NCBI GenBank assembly: GCA_026936335.1
Contig: JAPMXV010000042.1
Location: forward strand, 124,001 to 188,000
Length of the DNA: 64,000 bases
Reading direction: 5' to 3'
Source of the DNA: Mantamonas sphyraenae STR306
Taxonomy: Eukaryota > Protista > CRuMs
The notes beneath the pieces are model-generated. The model was not told where the DNA came from and did no database searches. It saw nothing but the letters and a program-made list of their open reading frames with translations. Each line of letters starts with the position of its first letter. The first letter of the stretch is position 1. The position numbers and the translations under genes are program-made. Positions 12,485 to 24,800 of this stretch are shown in pieces.

Positions 12485-12905
12485 GTATGTGGAAGGTGTG
12501 ATGTGGCAAAGGAAATGCATGGGAGGAAGTTGGTTGGACATACAATGCGGCGGCTCTGAGTTGCGGCGTCTGCGCAGAGGGCGAGGAAGCGTTTGAGGCG
12601 TTTTGGACGTCGCATGCGATTTTCGCTGCTCTCCCGCGCACAGAACTTGCGCGCCCAGCGTTGCTGCAGGGCACATGGCGTAGATACACACAGTGGACGC
12701 GGTGCAAGGAAGCAGCATGGCCACAGCGTGTGTGTGTATGGCGTGTGTGTTTGCTTGTGGGTGGAGGAGGGGCTGCGGGAAGGAGGAGGGTGGAAAATTG
12801 AGCGGTGGAGCGAGGGGAAAATCGCATGCGTGGCAACGGGCGACTGGGGACGTGTGGCTGACACAGAAAGGACACTTGCCAACACACGGGGTGTACACAT
12901 TGCAG
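12485..12905 (+). other. Probable 5'-UTR intron of RPS12
   Basis: GTATGT donor at 12485, GCTGAC branch-like site ~12857, TGCAG acceptor 6 nt before the ATG; accounts for the only ~500 bp gap in this part of the window. Confidence 0.6.
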
Positions 12906-12911
12906 AACACC

Positions 12912-13370
12912 ATGTCTGAGGAAGAACAGCAGCAGCAGCAGCCCGAGGAGACGCAGGAGACTGTGGAGACGACGGAGTCCGCCGAGCCGGCCCCGCGCAA
13001 GAAGCTGGACGTGATGGAGGCTCTTCAGATTGTGCTGAAGAAGGCTCTGATCCACGACGGTCTGGAGCGTGGTCTGAAGCAGACTGTGCGTGCCTTGGAT
13101 CGCCATCAGGCGCTCCTGTGCATCCTGGCTGGCAACGTCACGGACGAGCACTACACCGACCTGGTGACCGCTCTGGCCGAGGCCTCCAACACCCAGGTGA
13201 TCAAGGTGCCCGACAAGGTGCAGCTTGGTGAGTGGGTTGGTCTCTGCAAGATCGACGCCGAGGGCCAGGCCCGCAAGATCGTCAAGTGCTCGTCGTGCGC
13301 CATCACCAACTACGGTGAGGAGTCCGATGCTCTTGCCGACCTCATGGAGGCTCTGGGCAACAACGAGTAA
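12912..13370 (+). CDS. RPS12: 40S ribosomal protein eS12
   Basis: ALQIVLKKALIHDGLERGL, LGEWVGLCKIDAEGQARKIVKCSSC, YGEES. Confidence 0.96.
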   Translation: MSEEEQQQQQPEETQETVETTESAEPAPRKKLDVMEALQIVLKKALIHDGLERGLKQTVRALDRHQALLCILAGNVTDEHYTDLVTALAEASNTQVIKVPDKVQLGEWVGLCKIDAEGQARKIVKCSSCAITNYGEESDALADLMEALGNNE

Positions 13371-13565
13371 ACACTTTGTTTGTTGTGTTCATCGTGTGGT
13401 GTGTGGTGTGGTGTGGTTTTGCTGCGACTGCGCTCGTGCGCCGCGTCGGCCACGATTTTTCTTGGCAGCTTCGTGTGTTTGGGGCCACCACAAAGGACAC
13501 ACATAGACACATAGACACACGCAGCACACAGACACACACAAACACACATATCAGCACAGACGAGT

Positions 13566-16500
13566 ATGGAAAAGTCCACGGTGGCCACTGCGGACGGAAC
13601 AAACCTGGAAATCTCGTTTCTGTGCGAAGAGGCAGTTAAAAACGCACATGGAGAGCTGGGAGCAAACTACACGGGGGAGGAGACGCTGCAGCTGAGCGGG
13701 TGGCGGCTGCTGGAGCTACCGGTGGAAATCTGCTACCTGCGGGTGCCGTCGCGCAACGGGTATGAGGATGAAGAGGGCAGCAGCAACGGGTCGTGGAAGA
13801 AGCTGTGTGTGAACGGCAACTGTCTGAGCACGCTTCCGGACGACGTAGGCGAGCTTGCAGACTCTCTGACGACGCTGGATGCGTCGTTCAACGAAATCAC
13901 CTCGCTGCCGGCATCGTTGAACGAGCTGGTGAACCTGACGACACTGAATCTGTCTGAAAACAAGCTGACGGAACTGCCCGAGGAACAGTTTGGCACGCTG
14001 GCTAACCTGAAGCACCTGTACGCGAGCCACAACCAAATCCAAGTGTTGCCCGGCAGCTTCTGTGCCTCGCTGACGTCGCTGGAGTCGTTGTATCTGAACA
14101 ACAACCGACTGCTGAGCATCCCAAGCGAGGTGGAACACCTTTCGAATCTGCAGGAGCTTGCGGTGTCGCAGAACATGCTGACTGTGCTGCCGGAGCAGCT
14201 GTTCCGCGTGACGACGCTCAGGTCGCTGTATGCCAACGACAACTCGATCTTTGGCATCCGACCGGAGGTGGGCAACCTGGTGAACCTGGAGGTGTTGAAC
14301 CTGCGTCACAACTATCTGTCGTCCGTCCCGTGGGAGCTGGGCAAGTTGGTGAACTTGCGGCAGCTGGATTTGCAGTTCAACCACCTGAGCCACGTGCCCC
14401 AGGAGATCGGCATGGCCTCCAACACAGTCATGATGCTGTGGCTGGGAGGCAACGACCTCGTCACACCTCTGGAGGTGGGCGGCCTGGAGGGTGTGGTCCT
14501 CACGGACGTGGACGAGAAGCCTATTATGTTGTCGCACAAGCACACCTCTGGTAAGTGCCCTTTTCCTCTTTCAGGCGTGTTTCCCCTCCCCAGCGTCCCA
14601 CAGCACACGCCGTGCGACCATCACTCACACCGCCTCGACTGCATGCACCCTACGCATCCTGGAAACAGCCACGGGCACGGTGGGTGTTCAGAAGTACCTG
14701 CTGCAACACAACTGGCAGATGAAGGGCCGCGGCGTTAAGCGCTACGACCGCGAGTTTCTTCTGCAGTACGAACGGGTACGTTGTTTGTCGCGCACATGCC
14801 TCTGTGCACACGAACCAGCTTTTCTGCGTGGGCCTACATCCTCACAGGCGCCACCGTGCGTGCCACTGCACGCCCGGTGAGGCGACACAAAAAGTCTCCA
14901 CCGAGCCCTCTGCTCAAAAGCAGGTGATGATTACCGCTGACGCGTGTTTTGCGCCGTTTCTCGCACACACTGCACACATCCCACAGCTGTACCTGGAGAA
15001 GCCCGAAGAGATGCCGTCGCACGGCCACATCCTGACGATGGACAAGTCGACGCACGAGGGCGAGGAGGAGGGGGCGGCTGAGGAGACGACGCAAGAGAGC
15101 GGCAGTGGTAGCAGCGGCAGCAGCATGCAAGGAGGGCGCAACGGAGGCAAGGGAAGACCCGCACAGCTTCTCAAGACGTCGACGTCGTTGTCAAAGGAGG
15201 ACAGCAGCGGAGGAGGAGGCGGCGTTTACAAGCCGCCGTTGTCGCGCAGCCTGGCGGATGAGTCGCAAGGCCGCGGAAGCAGCGGATTTGGCCAATTGTC
15301 TCGCAGCAGCTCACCTGGAGGCGCATACCGCCCTCCGAAGCGGGAACGTGCGATGGGACCCTCGATCGATGACCCGAAGTACGACCGCAGCAGTAGCAAC
15401 AGCAACAACAACAGCAACAGCAATGGCAATGGCAACAGCAACAACGTAGGAAGCCCAAGGGTGGCGAGCGGTAGGAGAACAGGAGGGCCTCGGCACGGAG
15501 GAGGACGCAAGGGTTCGAGCGACAGCTTTGGAGCGGGGGCAGGAGGAAGCGGTGGGCTGGCGAGGCTCAAGACATCGTCGAACGGGTGGAAGGCTCGGCA
15601 TGTGGGCAAGACGCCATGGGACGATGACTATGACGAGGAGGATGAGGACACGGTGAACATTCGTGCGTGCCGAGGTGTGCTGAACAAGCTGACGCCGGAA
15701 AACTTTGATCGGCTGTGCGACAAGATCATGGAGCTTGCGTTTACGTCGCTGGTGACGCTGCGGGGTACCATCGACATTGTGTTTGACAAGGCAATCCGAG
15801 AACCCAAGTATGGGCCGCTGTACTCGAACCTGTGCCTGCTGATGAGTGAGAAATCGCCCGAGTTTGAGGCACCCGGAGGCAAGACGCGCGACTTTCGCAA
15901 ACTGATGCTGGACAAGTGCCAGGAAGCGTTTGAACGCAACTTTAGCGGGACGCACGACCCGAAGGATGACCCGGAGTGGGGCACGCTGAGCGAGATGGAA
16001 AAGGAGGAGAAGCTGACCATTGCGAAGCTGGACATGCTGGGCAACATCAAGTTCATTGGCGAGCTATACAAGCAGTCGATGCTGGATGACCGCATCATGA
16101 GTGGGTGCATCACGGCGCTGCTGTCGCACAAGGACGAGGACGAAGAGTGTGTGGAGGCGCTGTGCAAGCTGTTTACGACGATGGGTGCGGTGTACGACAA
16201 GGCGGCGAACCGGGAGAATCTGGACAAGACGTTTGGCTGGATGAAGGAGTGGTCGCACAACTCGGCCATTCCGTCGCGCATCCGCTTCATGCTGCAGGAC
16301 GTGGTGGAGCTGCGCGAAAACCATTGGGTGCCTCGTCGCGAAGAGAACGCGCCGACCACGCTGGAGGAGATCAAGCGCAAGAGTGCAGCCGAGGCGCGTG
16401 CAAGCAACAACAACGCACGGCGCAGCAGCACGCCCAACTCGGGACGACACACACCCAACACGTCGCACCACGGCAGCCCACGCAAGGGAGGAGGAGCACG

Positions 16501-17596
16501 CGGTGGACCACGTGGCAGTTTGCCCAATACCAACAGCCCGCGTTCATCGCGTGCGCACCGATTCAAGAGTGTGGATGAGGGCGCAGGGCGACGTCTGCAC
16601 GCAAGCCACAGCGTGGACGGCGGAGGCGGAGGCGGAGGCGGAGGCGGAGGCAGACGAAGCAGCAGCAAGACACGTCGCGGATCGGGTGATTTGCGTCCCA
16701 GGAAGCAGGGTGGAGGCAAAGAGGGAGGCACGGCACGCAACCAATTTGATCTGCTGGACGGCGAGGAGGAGGAGGAGGAGGAGGGCAACGAGGAGGAGGG
16801 CGAGGAGGAGGGCGAGGACGACGGGTCTCTGGACACAATGCCCTCGTTGGAGCTGGAGCCTGGAAGCAAGGGCAACAGCAGCGGAAGCGGGGCGTCGTCA
16901 TCGACGACAACGAGCAGCAGCGGCAGCAGCGGCGGCGGCGGCGGCTCGTCCAAGGCCAAGAAGGAAGTGTTGGACATGGATTCGTTGAAGCGACGTTGCG
17001 ACAACGTCCTTGCAGAGTACCTGTCGATCAGAGATCTTCAGGAGGCAGTGTTGTGCGTGGAGGAGACGCAGGGGTCGCTGGAGGAACACGCTTACCACGC
17101 CAACATGCTGGCAGGCTTTGTGTTGGGCGTGTTGGAGCGTAAAGCCGAGGCACAGGGGTACGTGTGCGATCTGCTGGGCGAGCTGGTCAAGACGGAACAG
17201 GTGAGCAAGGAGCAGCTCGCAGCAGGGCTGGATCTGGTCCTGGCGGACTACGAAGACCTGAGCATCGACGTGCCGCTGATCAAGAATGTGATGAGCACGC
17301 TGATTGGCACGCTGATGTGCAGAGAGGTGCTGGAGATGGACTTTGTCACAACTCACCTTGCACACCTGGCCGCGTCGAACAAGGCCGCACCGCTGGCTGT
17401 GGGCATCCTCAAGGTGGTCGACAGCAATGCCAAGAGCGACGCACAGGTGCAGCAGGCGTTTGGTGCGATCCAGCTGGCCACGTTGTATCCAGACACGCTC
17501 GACGCAGCTGCAAAGAGCAGCGAGTGGCGTGAACACATGCAACGTGAGGGGTTGAAGCCAATGGAGGAGGAGGAGGAGGAGGAGGAGGAGGAGTGA
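13566..17596 (+). CDS. LRR-eIF4G fusion protein (exons 13566-14550, 14669-14775, 14987-17596): ~11 LRRs + eIF4E-binding motif + MIF4G + MA3
   Basis: LxxLxLxxNxLxxLP repeats; phase-1 GTAAGT...AACAG intron joins in frame to an exon encoding GTVGVQKYLLQ and KRYDREFLL; phase-0 intron joins to GVLNKLTPENF, IVFDKAIREP, LGNIKFIGELYK, SRIRFMLQDVVELRENHW (MIF4G) and LAEYL..DLQEAVLCV, DLSIDVP (MA3). Confidence 0.8.
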
Positions 17597-17634
17597 GTGA
17601 GTGAGTGAGTGGGATGATGGAATGGATGGCCAGT

Positions 17635-18753
17635 TCATTGGATGGTGCACGCTTTGCTGCTCTTCTCATTGCCCACAGCCTGACCATTGTTGCTCTTGTT
17701 CTTCTTGGCGCCACCTGCCACAGCTGCGCCACCCTTTGCTGGACCGCTTCCCGCTTGCTGCTTCTGCCGTTCTGCAATCAACGCCTGGTTCTGCTGCTCC
17801 AGGTATGCGATGCGTTTTGCGTCCTCCTTTGCATTCCGCAGCTCTGCACTGTCTGCCAACTGTTGCAGGTCTGCCTCCAGCCTCTCTTTTGCCTCCCGTT
17901 CCTGTTCCAATTGGCGCTGCATCTCCTCCAGCTTGCGTTGCAGGTCGTCACGTTGCTGCGCCAGCGTCAGCTTCTCCGAGGTGTCCGCATGCACAAGCTG
18001 CTCCCGTTCCGTCTCTGCCATGTTCGACTTGAGCCTCTCCACCTCGAGTGCCGTCTTTTCAAACAGACCCCGTTGCGAGCGCAGCTCCTCAATCAGACTT
18101 GTGCCCAGTTCGATTTCGTCCTCCACGCCGCTCGGATCCAACTCCACAAACATCGGCCTCTCCTCCTTTGTTCCCTGCCCCTGTGGCTGTGTAACCACAT
18201 TTGCCATGTGCTGTGTCTCCACTGCCTCCTCTCCCTGCGGCTGCTGCTGCTCATTCTTGGCCTCTGGCTGCTGTACATGGCCCGTTCGCTGAGCAGCCAA
18301 CCGTTGCCGAGTCTGCCTGCCTCTCACCTGCGCCTGGATGCGCACTGCGGCGTCCTCTTTGCCCATTCCTTGTTTCTTTCCCTCATCCTGTGTCTCTGTA
18401 TGTCCCTCCTCTTCCTCCTGTGTCTCGTGTTCCTCCACGGTGCCCTCCTCTCCGCCATCTTCGTCGTGGCCTTCCTCCTCCCCTTCCTCCACCCCTTCCT
18501 CCTCCCCGTCCCCCTCCTCTTCATACTCCTCGCCTCCCTCCTCATACTCTTCCTCCTCATACTCTTCGCCTCCTTCCTCGTATTCCTCCTCTTCCTCCCC
18601 ACCCTCTTCATGCTCCTGGTGCTCCTCCTCCTCCTCCTCCCCAGCTTCCGCTGGTGCTGGTGGCATCCCAGGCAGCGCAGGCATGCTTGATCCCTCATCA
18701 TCGCCTCCCTGTGTCGGCGGTGCCTGCGACGGCAGCGGGGGCATTGTGGTCAT
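17635..18753 (-). CDS. Acidic IQ-motif coiled-coil protein with C-terminal CaaX box (start 18753 preferred; 18819 possible)
   Basis: E/G/Y-rich region, AAVRIQAQVRGRQTRQRL IQ motif, coiled coil, ends KSSKACTIQ-stop. Confidence 0.7.
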   Translation of the reverse strand: MTTMPPLPSQAPPTQGGDDEGSSMPALPGMPPAPAEAGEEEEEEHQEHEEGGEEEEEYEEGGEEYEEEEYEEGGEEYEEEGDGEEEGVEEGEEEGHDEDGGEEGTVEEHETQEEEEGHTETQDEGKKQGMGKEDAAVRIQAQVRGRQTRQRLAAQRTGHVQQPEAKNEQQQPQGEEAVETQHMANVVTQPQGQGTKEERPMFVELDPSGVEDEIELGTSLIEELRSQRGLFEKTALEVERLKSNMAETEREQLVHADTSEKLTLAQQRDDLQRKLEEMQRQLEQEREAKERLEADLQQLADSAELRNAKEDAKRIAYLEQQNQALIAERQKQQAGSGPAKGGAAVAGGAKKNKSNNGQAVGNEKSSKACTIQ

Positions 18754-18817
18754 GATTGGCTTGCTTGGCCATCTCAGCGCTCTTTGCCACAAACGATCCC
18801 CTTTCTTCTTCGATTTC

Positions 18818-20867
18818 ATGGTGCGTGATCACTTGTCACCCGATCTCCTTGCCGCCTTCCTACCATGTACACGCACAGACACATGTTTCTCATAGCTTCC
18901 TGTGAGGCTGTGCTGCACTCCAGCGTCGCCCAGCGGGCGGTGCGCGACGACCGTTTTTTGCGCGCGCCAATCCGAAATCCGCCACTGGGGTTTTGCCCCC
19001 CCACGCCGCCTGCACACGCCGCCACTGACACCAGAGTGGGACGCCACATGAACCTCCATAGTCTGCATTGCCACCGTTGGGATCGCTGGGTGGGAGCAGC
19101 CGCCGTGGTGGACGGTTGCCCGCGCTAAATGGACGTGGACGAGACGAGGCGCAAGACGAGGCGCAGGACCTGCCAGAGGAAGATCGTGGAAGAATGCGAC
19201 GCACACAAAGGGACTCGGGGACACAGGATGGGGCATCTGCTGTGTTGGCAGCCATGGAGAGTGGCGGAGGACGACGCACACGCACACGGCGTCGCACACG
19301 AGAACCTGAACCCGAAGCGGAGCCTGAACCTGAGCCTGAACTTGAGCCTGAACCTGAGCCTGAACCAGAGGACTATGGTTACGATGACGCGTATGGAGAC
19401 GAAGGGGCACAGGAGGAGTATGAGGAGGCAGAAGAGGATGGTGGGGAGACAGAGATCAACGGGGAGTACGACGAGTATGGCAACTTTGTGGGCACGTGGA
19501 GGGACAAGTATGGCGTGCTGAACACGGGATACTATGACACAAACAACCAGCACCATTATGGACACTACGACGCACAGGACAACTACTACGAGGGGCCGTA
19601 CGAGCCGACGGAGGACGACGAGGCACAGCAACAACACGGGGGCCACAACGAACACAGACAGGACCAGCAGCAGGAAACAGACGTGGCAGGAGGCACACAG
19701 CACGACAACGATGAGGAAGAGGACGACCAGAGGAGGAGGAGGAGGCGACGGGAAACAGATCGCACAGCTGGCCAGGAAGATCGAGGCTCGTCGTCACGTC
19801 GTGGCAGGGGCAGCGGCGTAGGAACAGGCTCAGACTCAGGCACGGGGTTGGGCGGCGGCATGGGCATGCGTACACTGGGCGATGCAAGCGGGCTGGTGGA
19901 CCAGAGCGATGTGGTGGAGGAGGACGAACGATCGGTGCCGCGGGACATCCGTAAGAACCTGGGACGGTCGAAGCGTGCGGACGTGGTGTTTGTGGAAAAG
20001 GCCGGGGCGTTCCGCAAGATGACACGGGAACAGTTGGAGAAGCAGAACCGAGTGAATCTTGCGGCGGGGCTGGAGGAGGACGACGAGTACATGGATGAGG
20101 TGGAGAAGATGGAGGCGTTCACAGCACAGACCATGCGTCGGGCAGAACTGTTCTACACCCTGTGCAAGGGTCTGCTGGGCGGCTTGGCATTTGTGCACTT
20201 TTACATGACGTACCTGGTGTTCAACGGCCTGGCGTTTATGCAGTACTACGGGCCCGTGGCAGACGACACCCAACGCATGCTGTCCTTCTTCACCACCGTC
20301 GCCTTTCTCGGCTCCCTGGACACCCTGCAGCAAACCTGGCAAGCCGATGGAGAGCGTGTACAGGGCGACGTGCCGGTTACTCGCGCTCAGGAACTGGCGC
20401 TGCAGCGCAAACTGTGGAGCGAAGCCGTGCAGGCCATCCTCTACTTCTCCGCCTTTCTCTTCAACATTCTCGCCCTGCCCACAGACTTTCAGTTGGAGGC
20501 ATTGTATGTGGCATCGTCGACGTGGTATCTGACGCCGTCCGCGGCCCAAACGGCCCTCATGGATGCGTGGCACCTGTACAATGTCCTGCGCCTGCTGCCC
20601 AGCATCCTGGGCTGGCTCGTGCAAATCTACAAACTCACGCTGGCTCAGGATCTCAGTGTGTTGGACATGGAGGTGGAGCGTGCAAGGCGTCTGGGCAAGC
20701 GTGTCTCGCTGCAGGAGCAACGTGGAGGTGGAGGACGCGCGGGCAGCGGCACCGTCAAGCGAAGGGGTGCGGCGGGTGCCACGTCCACGGTGGGAAGACG
20801 ACGTGGGAGGGCTGCCGGGAATGTGGATGTGGTGGACAGGCAGACACGTGTGCAGGCCACGACGTGA
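18818..20867 (+). CDS. TMEM237: TMEM237-like ciliary transition-zone membrane protein (probable ATG-only first exon 18818-18820, intron 18821-19061)
   Basis: Long charged N-terminus, VFVEKAGAF motif, four TM segments (CKGLLGGLAFVH; SFFTTVAFLGSLD; LYFSAFLFNIL; WHLYNVLRLLPSILGWL) resembling TMEM237; GTGCGT donor, CTGAC branch, ATAG acceptor in frame. Confidence 0.7.
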
Positions 20868-20968
20868 GCAGAGAAATGGACAAAGAGATGCACTTGCTCC
20901 TTTCATTTGTGTGTGTGGTGTGTGGTGTGTGTGTGTGAGGGAAGAGGGGTTGGGTGGGCGAAAGGCAA

Positions 20969-21772
20969 TCACTCTTTGGCGCCGGTGAGGGCATCGCTGT
21001 TGCTGAGGAGGTAGTCGCGCAGCTTGGCGACGGCACGACCGCGGTGAGAGATGCTGTTCTTGGTCTCGCTGTCCATCTCGGCAAAGGTCTGGTCAAAGCC
21101 GTCGGGCTGGAAAACAGGATCCCAGCCAAAGTCCTTGGGTCCACGGGCTTCGACAATGGTGCCGTCGGTGCGGCCCTCAAAGGAGACGATGTTGTCTTCG
21201 CTCTCGGGTCCCGGGCTGAAGCTAAACATGCACAGGGCATACGCACTCTTGTCCTCGTAGGCAGCCAGCAGGTTGTTGAGTCCCTCATGGCCGGTCTTTT
21301 TCAGGAACCACTTGATGTAGGGGCCCGGGAGGCCGTGGAGGGCGTTGTAGCACAGGCTTGTGTCTTCCACAATCACAGGGCCGCCAATCTCCTTGGCTGC
21401 AAGGGCACACTTGTCGCGGGAGATCTCCTCCGGTTCGCCCTGGAGCTCGGGCACTGTGCCATGCATGCGAGGGGAGTATGCAGGTGTCATCGGTGGGTAG
21501 GTGGGCACTCAGCGTCAGGGAAATTGCGTCGAACACAAACGCGGTTGCTGCACACCACAGACACACATGAGCACTTTCTGCTCTCCCCCTCCCCCCACCC
21601 TCTCCCTCCTCCCATCCCCAGGTACCAACACATGCACACATTCTTTGCTTCACGTACGATCAATGTCCTTGCTGACGAGATCAAACTCGCTTTCGGCAAA
21701 CATCTCGCGGACTTCCTTGAGCTTGCCCTTGTTGCCGGTGACAAACGTGATGGTGTACTTTGCGCGACTCAT
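20969..21772 (-). CDS. ITPA: Inosine triphosphate pyrophosphatase (HAM1 family); intron 21657-21454
   Basis: [52 protein letters not shown]. Confidence 0.96.
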
Positions 21773-21812
21773 GGCTGGTTACAAGGCGTGTGGGGCTGGG
21801 GCTGGGGCTGGA

Positions 21813-24800
21813 ATGTCCGAGTTGAGGTGCGTGGACGGAGGCAAAGCGAAGGAAAAGATGGAAACGGCAGACGAGGCGATGCAACTGCAGATGCAAAAGC
21901 TGCGTGCTCGCATGGCAGCATTGGAGGATGACGACGAAGACGAGGAGCAGGAGGATGAGTCTTTGGCCCGTGGTGGAGGGCAGCAGCAGCAGCAACAGCA
22001 GGGCGAGTGGGAACACATGGTGCGCTCAAAGGCGCTCTATGCACACATTGTGCACGGAACGCACGAGGACAGCGACAGCGATGACGATTCGCCATCCATG
22101 GCCTCCCCGCGTGCTCTTCCCATGCCAGAAGACACCCAAGGCCGAGATGGGGCGAAAGCGCGCGGGTTTGCTCCTGCGATTTCCCGCCAAATCGCAGACA
22201 TCATGGCGGAGGCCCAGACCCACTTGCCGTCGATCGCAGACAGCGACAGCGACGAGGAACATGACTGTGACGGGGATGGGGTGGCGTCGGACGAAGAGGA
22301 GGTGCTGGACATTGCCAGGCTCAGGAAACGCACAACGGCCACGCAGGCAACGGAAACGGCACGCCCCGGTGACGTGCGAGAGGCCTGGGGCGAACAAACA
22401 TACACACACACACTTGTACAAAGACAGGAAACAGACAATGGACATGCAATGGGCCCTGCATCGGGTGTCCAGCTGGACGTGTCGTGGCTGGACGATTCGG
22501 CGCTGGATCAGCTGCTGGCCCAGCTGGAGGAGCAGCAGACACAGGGACAAGGCACAGGATCGGACAATGGTACAGACACAGATGCACAGCAACAGCGAGA
22601 GGGTGACGAGGGAGGTCTGAATGACGACGGGGCTGGCGTGTGGAAGGGCTTCTCCTACGAGAACGACTATGCCGAGGAAGTGGAGCACGACACATATGTT
22701 CGCCAGGCATGGGATGTGCTGTCGCATGAATATGTGGACACAAAGACCAGGGATGAGGTGGAAGAGGTGGAAGAGGTGGAGGTGCATGAGAAAGAGGAGC
22801 AGGAGAAGGAAGACAAGGCTCTGCCTCTGCATCCCAACAGTTCTGTGACGGCAGAGGAGATTGCAATGCTACTGGAAGCAGCTCCAACACGGGAACAGGA
22901 TTCGTCGGCCAGTTTGGCTGCGCTGAGCCATCGCAAGGGGGCGTGGGATCGTATCGCGCAGATCATTCAGCCCGAAAACGAAACCAAGGCACGTGGAGGC
23001 GACGGCATACCCGTACAGCAGAGGAGACCAGCGACGCGTTCTTCTCTCATGCAAAGGTACGAGCAGGACGAGGAGGAGGAAGATGAGGACGTGGACGAGG
23101 AGGAGGAGGAGGATGACGAAGACGAGGACGACCCCTTGGCATGGCGAAGGCAACGGAAACAAGCCAAACAGGCATTGCAGAAGCAAACACGTCCAGACAC
23201 ACATGTACAGCAAATGACCCCGAGCAAGACGACGTCTGCAGGGGGACAGCCAACCACTCCACAACGCACACCGACTACCTCATCACAGGACGCACCCGTG
23301 TCGCCAGAGACACCACATGGACAGGGGACGCGTGGTGAGGATGGTGCACCCACAGGAAGCTCTGTGAAAAAGTCGCGGTCGAAGAAAAGGCGAGAACGAG
23401 AGAAGCGCAAACGTCAGCGACTGCGCGAGGAGCGTGCGGCGGCAGCAGCAGCTTCAGAAGGGACAATGGAGGAAACCGAGGTGGCGGAAGACACACCCGA
23501 GCGGCGTGGGGCACGATTGACGACGGCGCAGCAGCGGATGAACAAGGAAAACGCAATGCGTGCATTGTACATGGATCAGCACGCTGTGCGCGATCAGGCA
23601 CGCATTGGAAGACAGCGTTTGGATGCGTCTGTGGCCAGGGAGGAGCAAAGTGGCGAGGATGACGTTCAAGGGGACACATCCTCCACTCGGTCGTGGGCCG
23701 ACGCCGTCTCTGGAGCGGGGCGTGTCAAGTCACCCGCCACATCGTCGGCGTCGCTCTCCTCCTCCTCCACGTCCACCACCACCACCATCACGGCCACAAG
23801 GGGCAGTGGAACCTCTGAGAATGGCTGGTGGACCACGCCACAGAACACCTCCTCCAGCAGCAACTGGGGCGCAGAGCCGGAGGACGACGTGGGTGCATTT
23901 GACAGATACCTGGAAGAAGAGAAGGAGCGCATGGAGCAGCAGCGTCGAGAGAGGACACGCGGAAGGATCGAGGAGCGCAGGGGACGTGAGGGCACTCAAG
24001 AGATGCTGCTGTTTGATGAGAGCATCAGCTTTGAGGGCGAGCTGAATGTGGTGCCTGCAGCTCTGCAGGAGGCACTGCTGTGTGAGGACACATCATCCGT
24101 GTTTGTGGAAACGGCAGATGCGCACACTGTGGTGGCCATTGAGTATGGCGAATCAGAGGAGGAGCTGGGTCGGGTGCTGGACTGGCTCCTGTGCTCCCAG
24201 CGAGCCTTTGGAGACAGCGTACGTGGTGTGCGCATGGTGCACAGTGCCACCTGTGTGCCCAGTCTGCGTCCACAAACGATTTTGCTTGTGTTGCTGCAGA
24301 TGAGTCGCACCGAGGCCGTGGATGCGTTGCTTTCTGTGCGTGTGGACGATGTGATGGGCAACGACGGGCCGTTTGCACGCAGCAAGAGTGGGAAGAGCAT
24401 GCTGGACGGAGCCACGTACATGCTCAGCCATCGCAAGCGTGAGGTGGTAGACAGCAAGGCACGTGGACGCTGGTGCTGGACACCGCTGCACCCCCTGCGT
24501 GTTTTCACGGCACCCGCACACATGGGCGTGATGAGCCGTGGTTCAGCCGTGGACGTCAAGGCACAACACAGCGTTTGTGTGGTCAACCCCACCCTGGACC
24601 TGCGCAAAGAGGGTGTGTTGTACCAGATTGTGGCACAGGCGCACGAATGTGGCCTCGACATCGTTGCCATGGGGCTCAAGTACCCGAGTGCCGAGGAGCA
24701 GACTCTGCTGCGAGCACACACGCTGCTGGATTGCTTCCACGGCCCTGCATACGACCAAGCGGGCACACACAGAGCCGTACGCATGGGCGCACGCCTTGTG

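Noticed and set aside
14924-14940. C/D box snoRNA (GTGATGA...CTGA) in the eIF4G intron
   Set aside because: Only 6 nt between boxes; CTGAC is better explained as the branch point
19303-19370. Tandem GAACCT/GAGCCT repeat as CRISPR-like or mobile repeat
   Set aside because: Simple coding (EP)n repeat within TMEM237; no spacers or cas genes
21501-21812. N-terminal extension of the 1981-aa ORF
   Set aside because: Overlaps ITPA exon 1 and intron on the opposite strand and starts at a non-ATG codon
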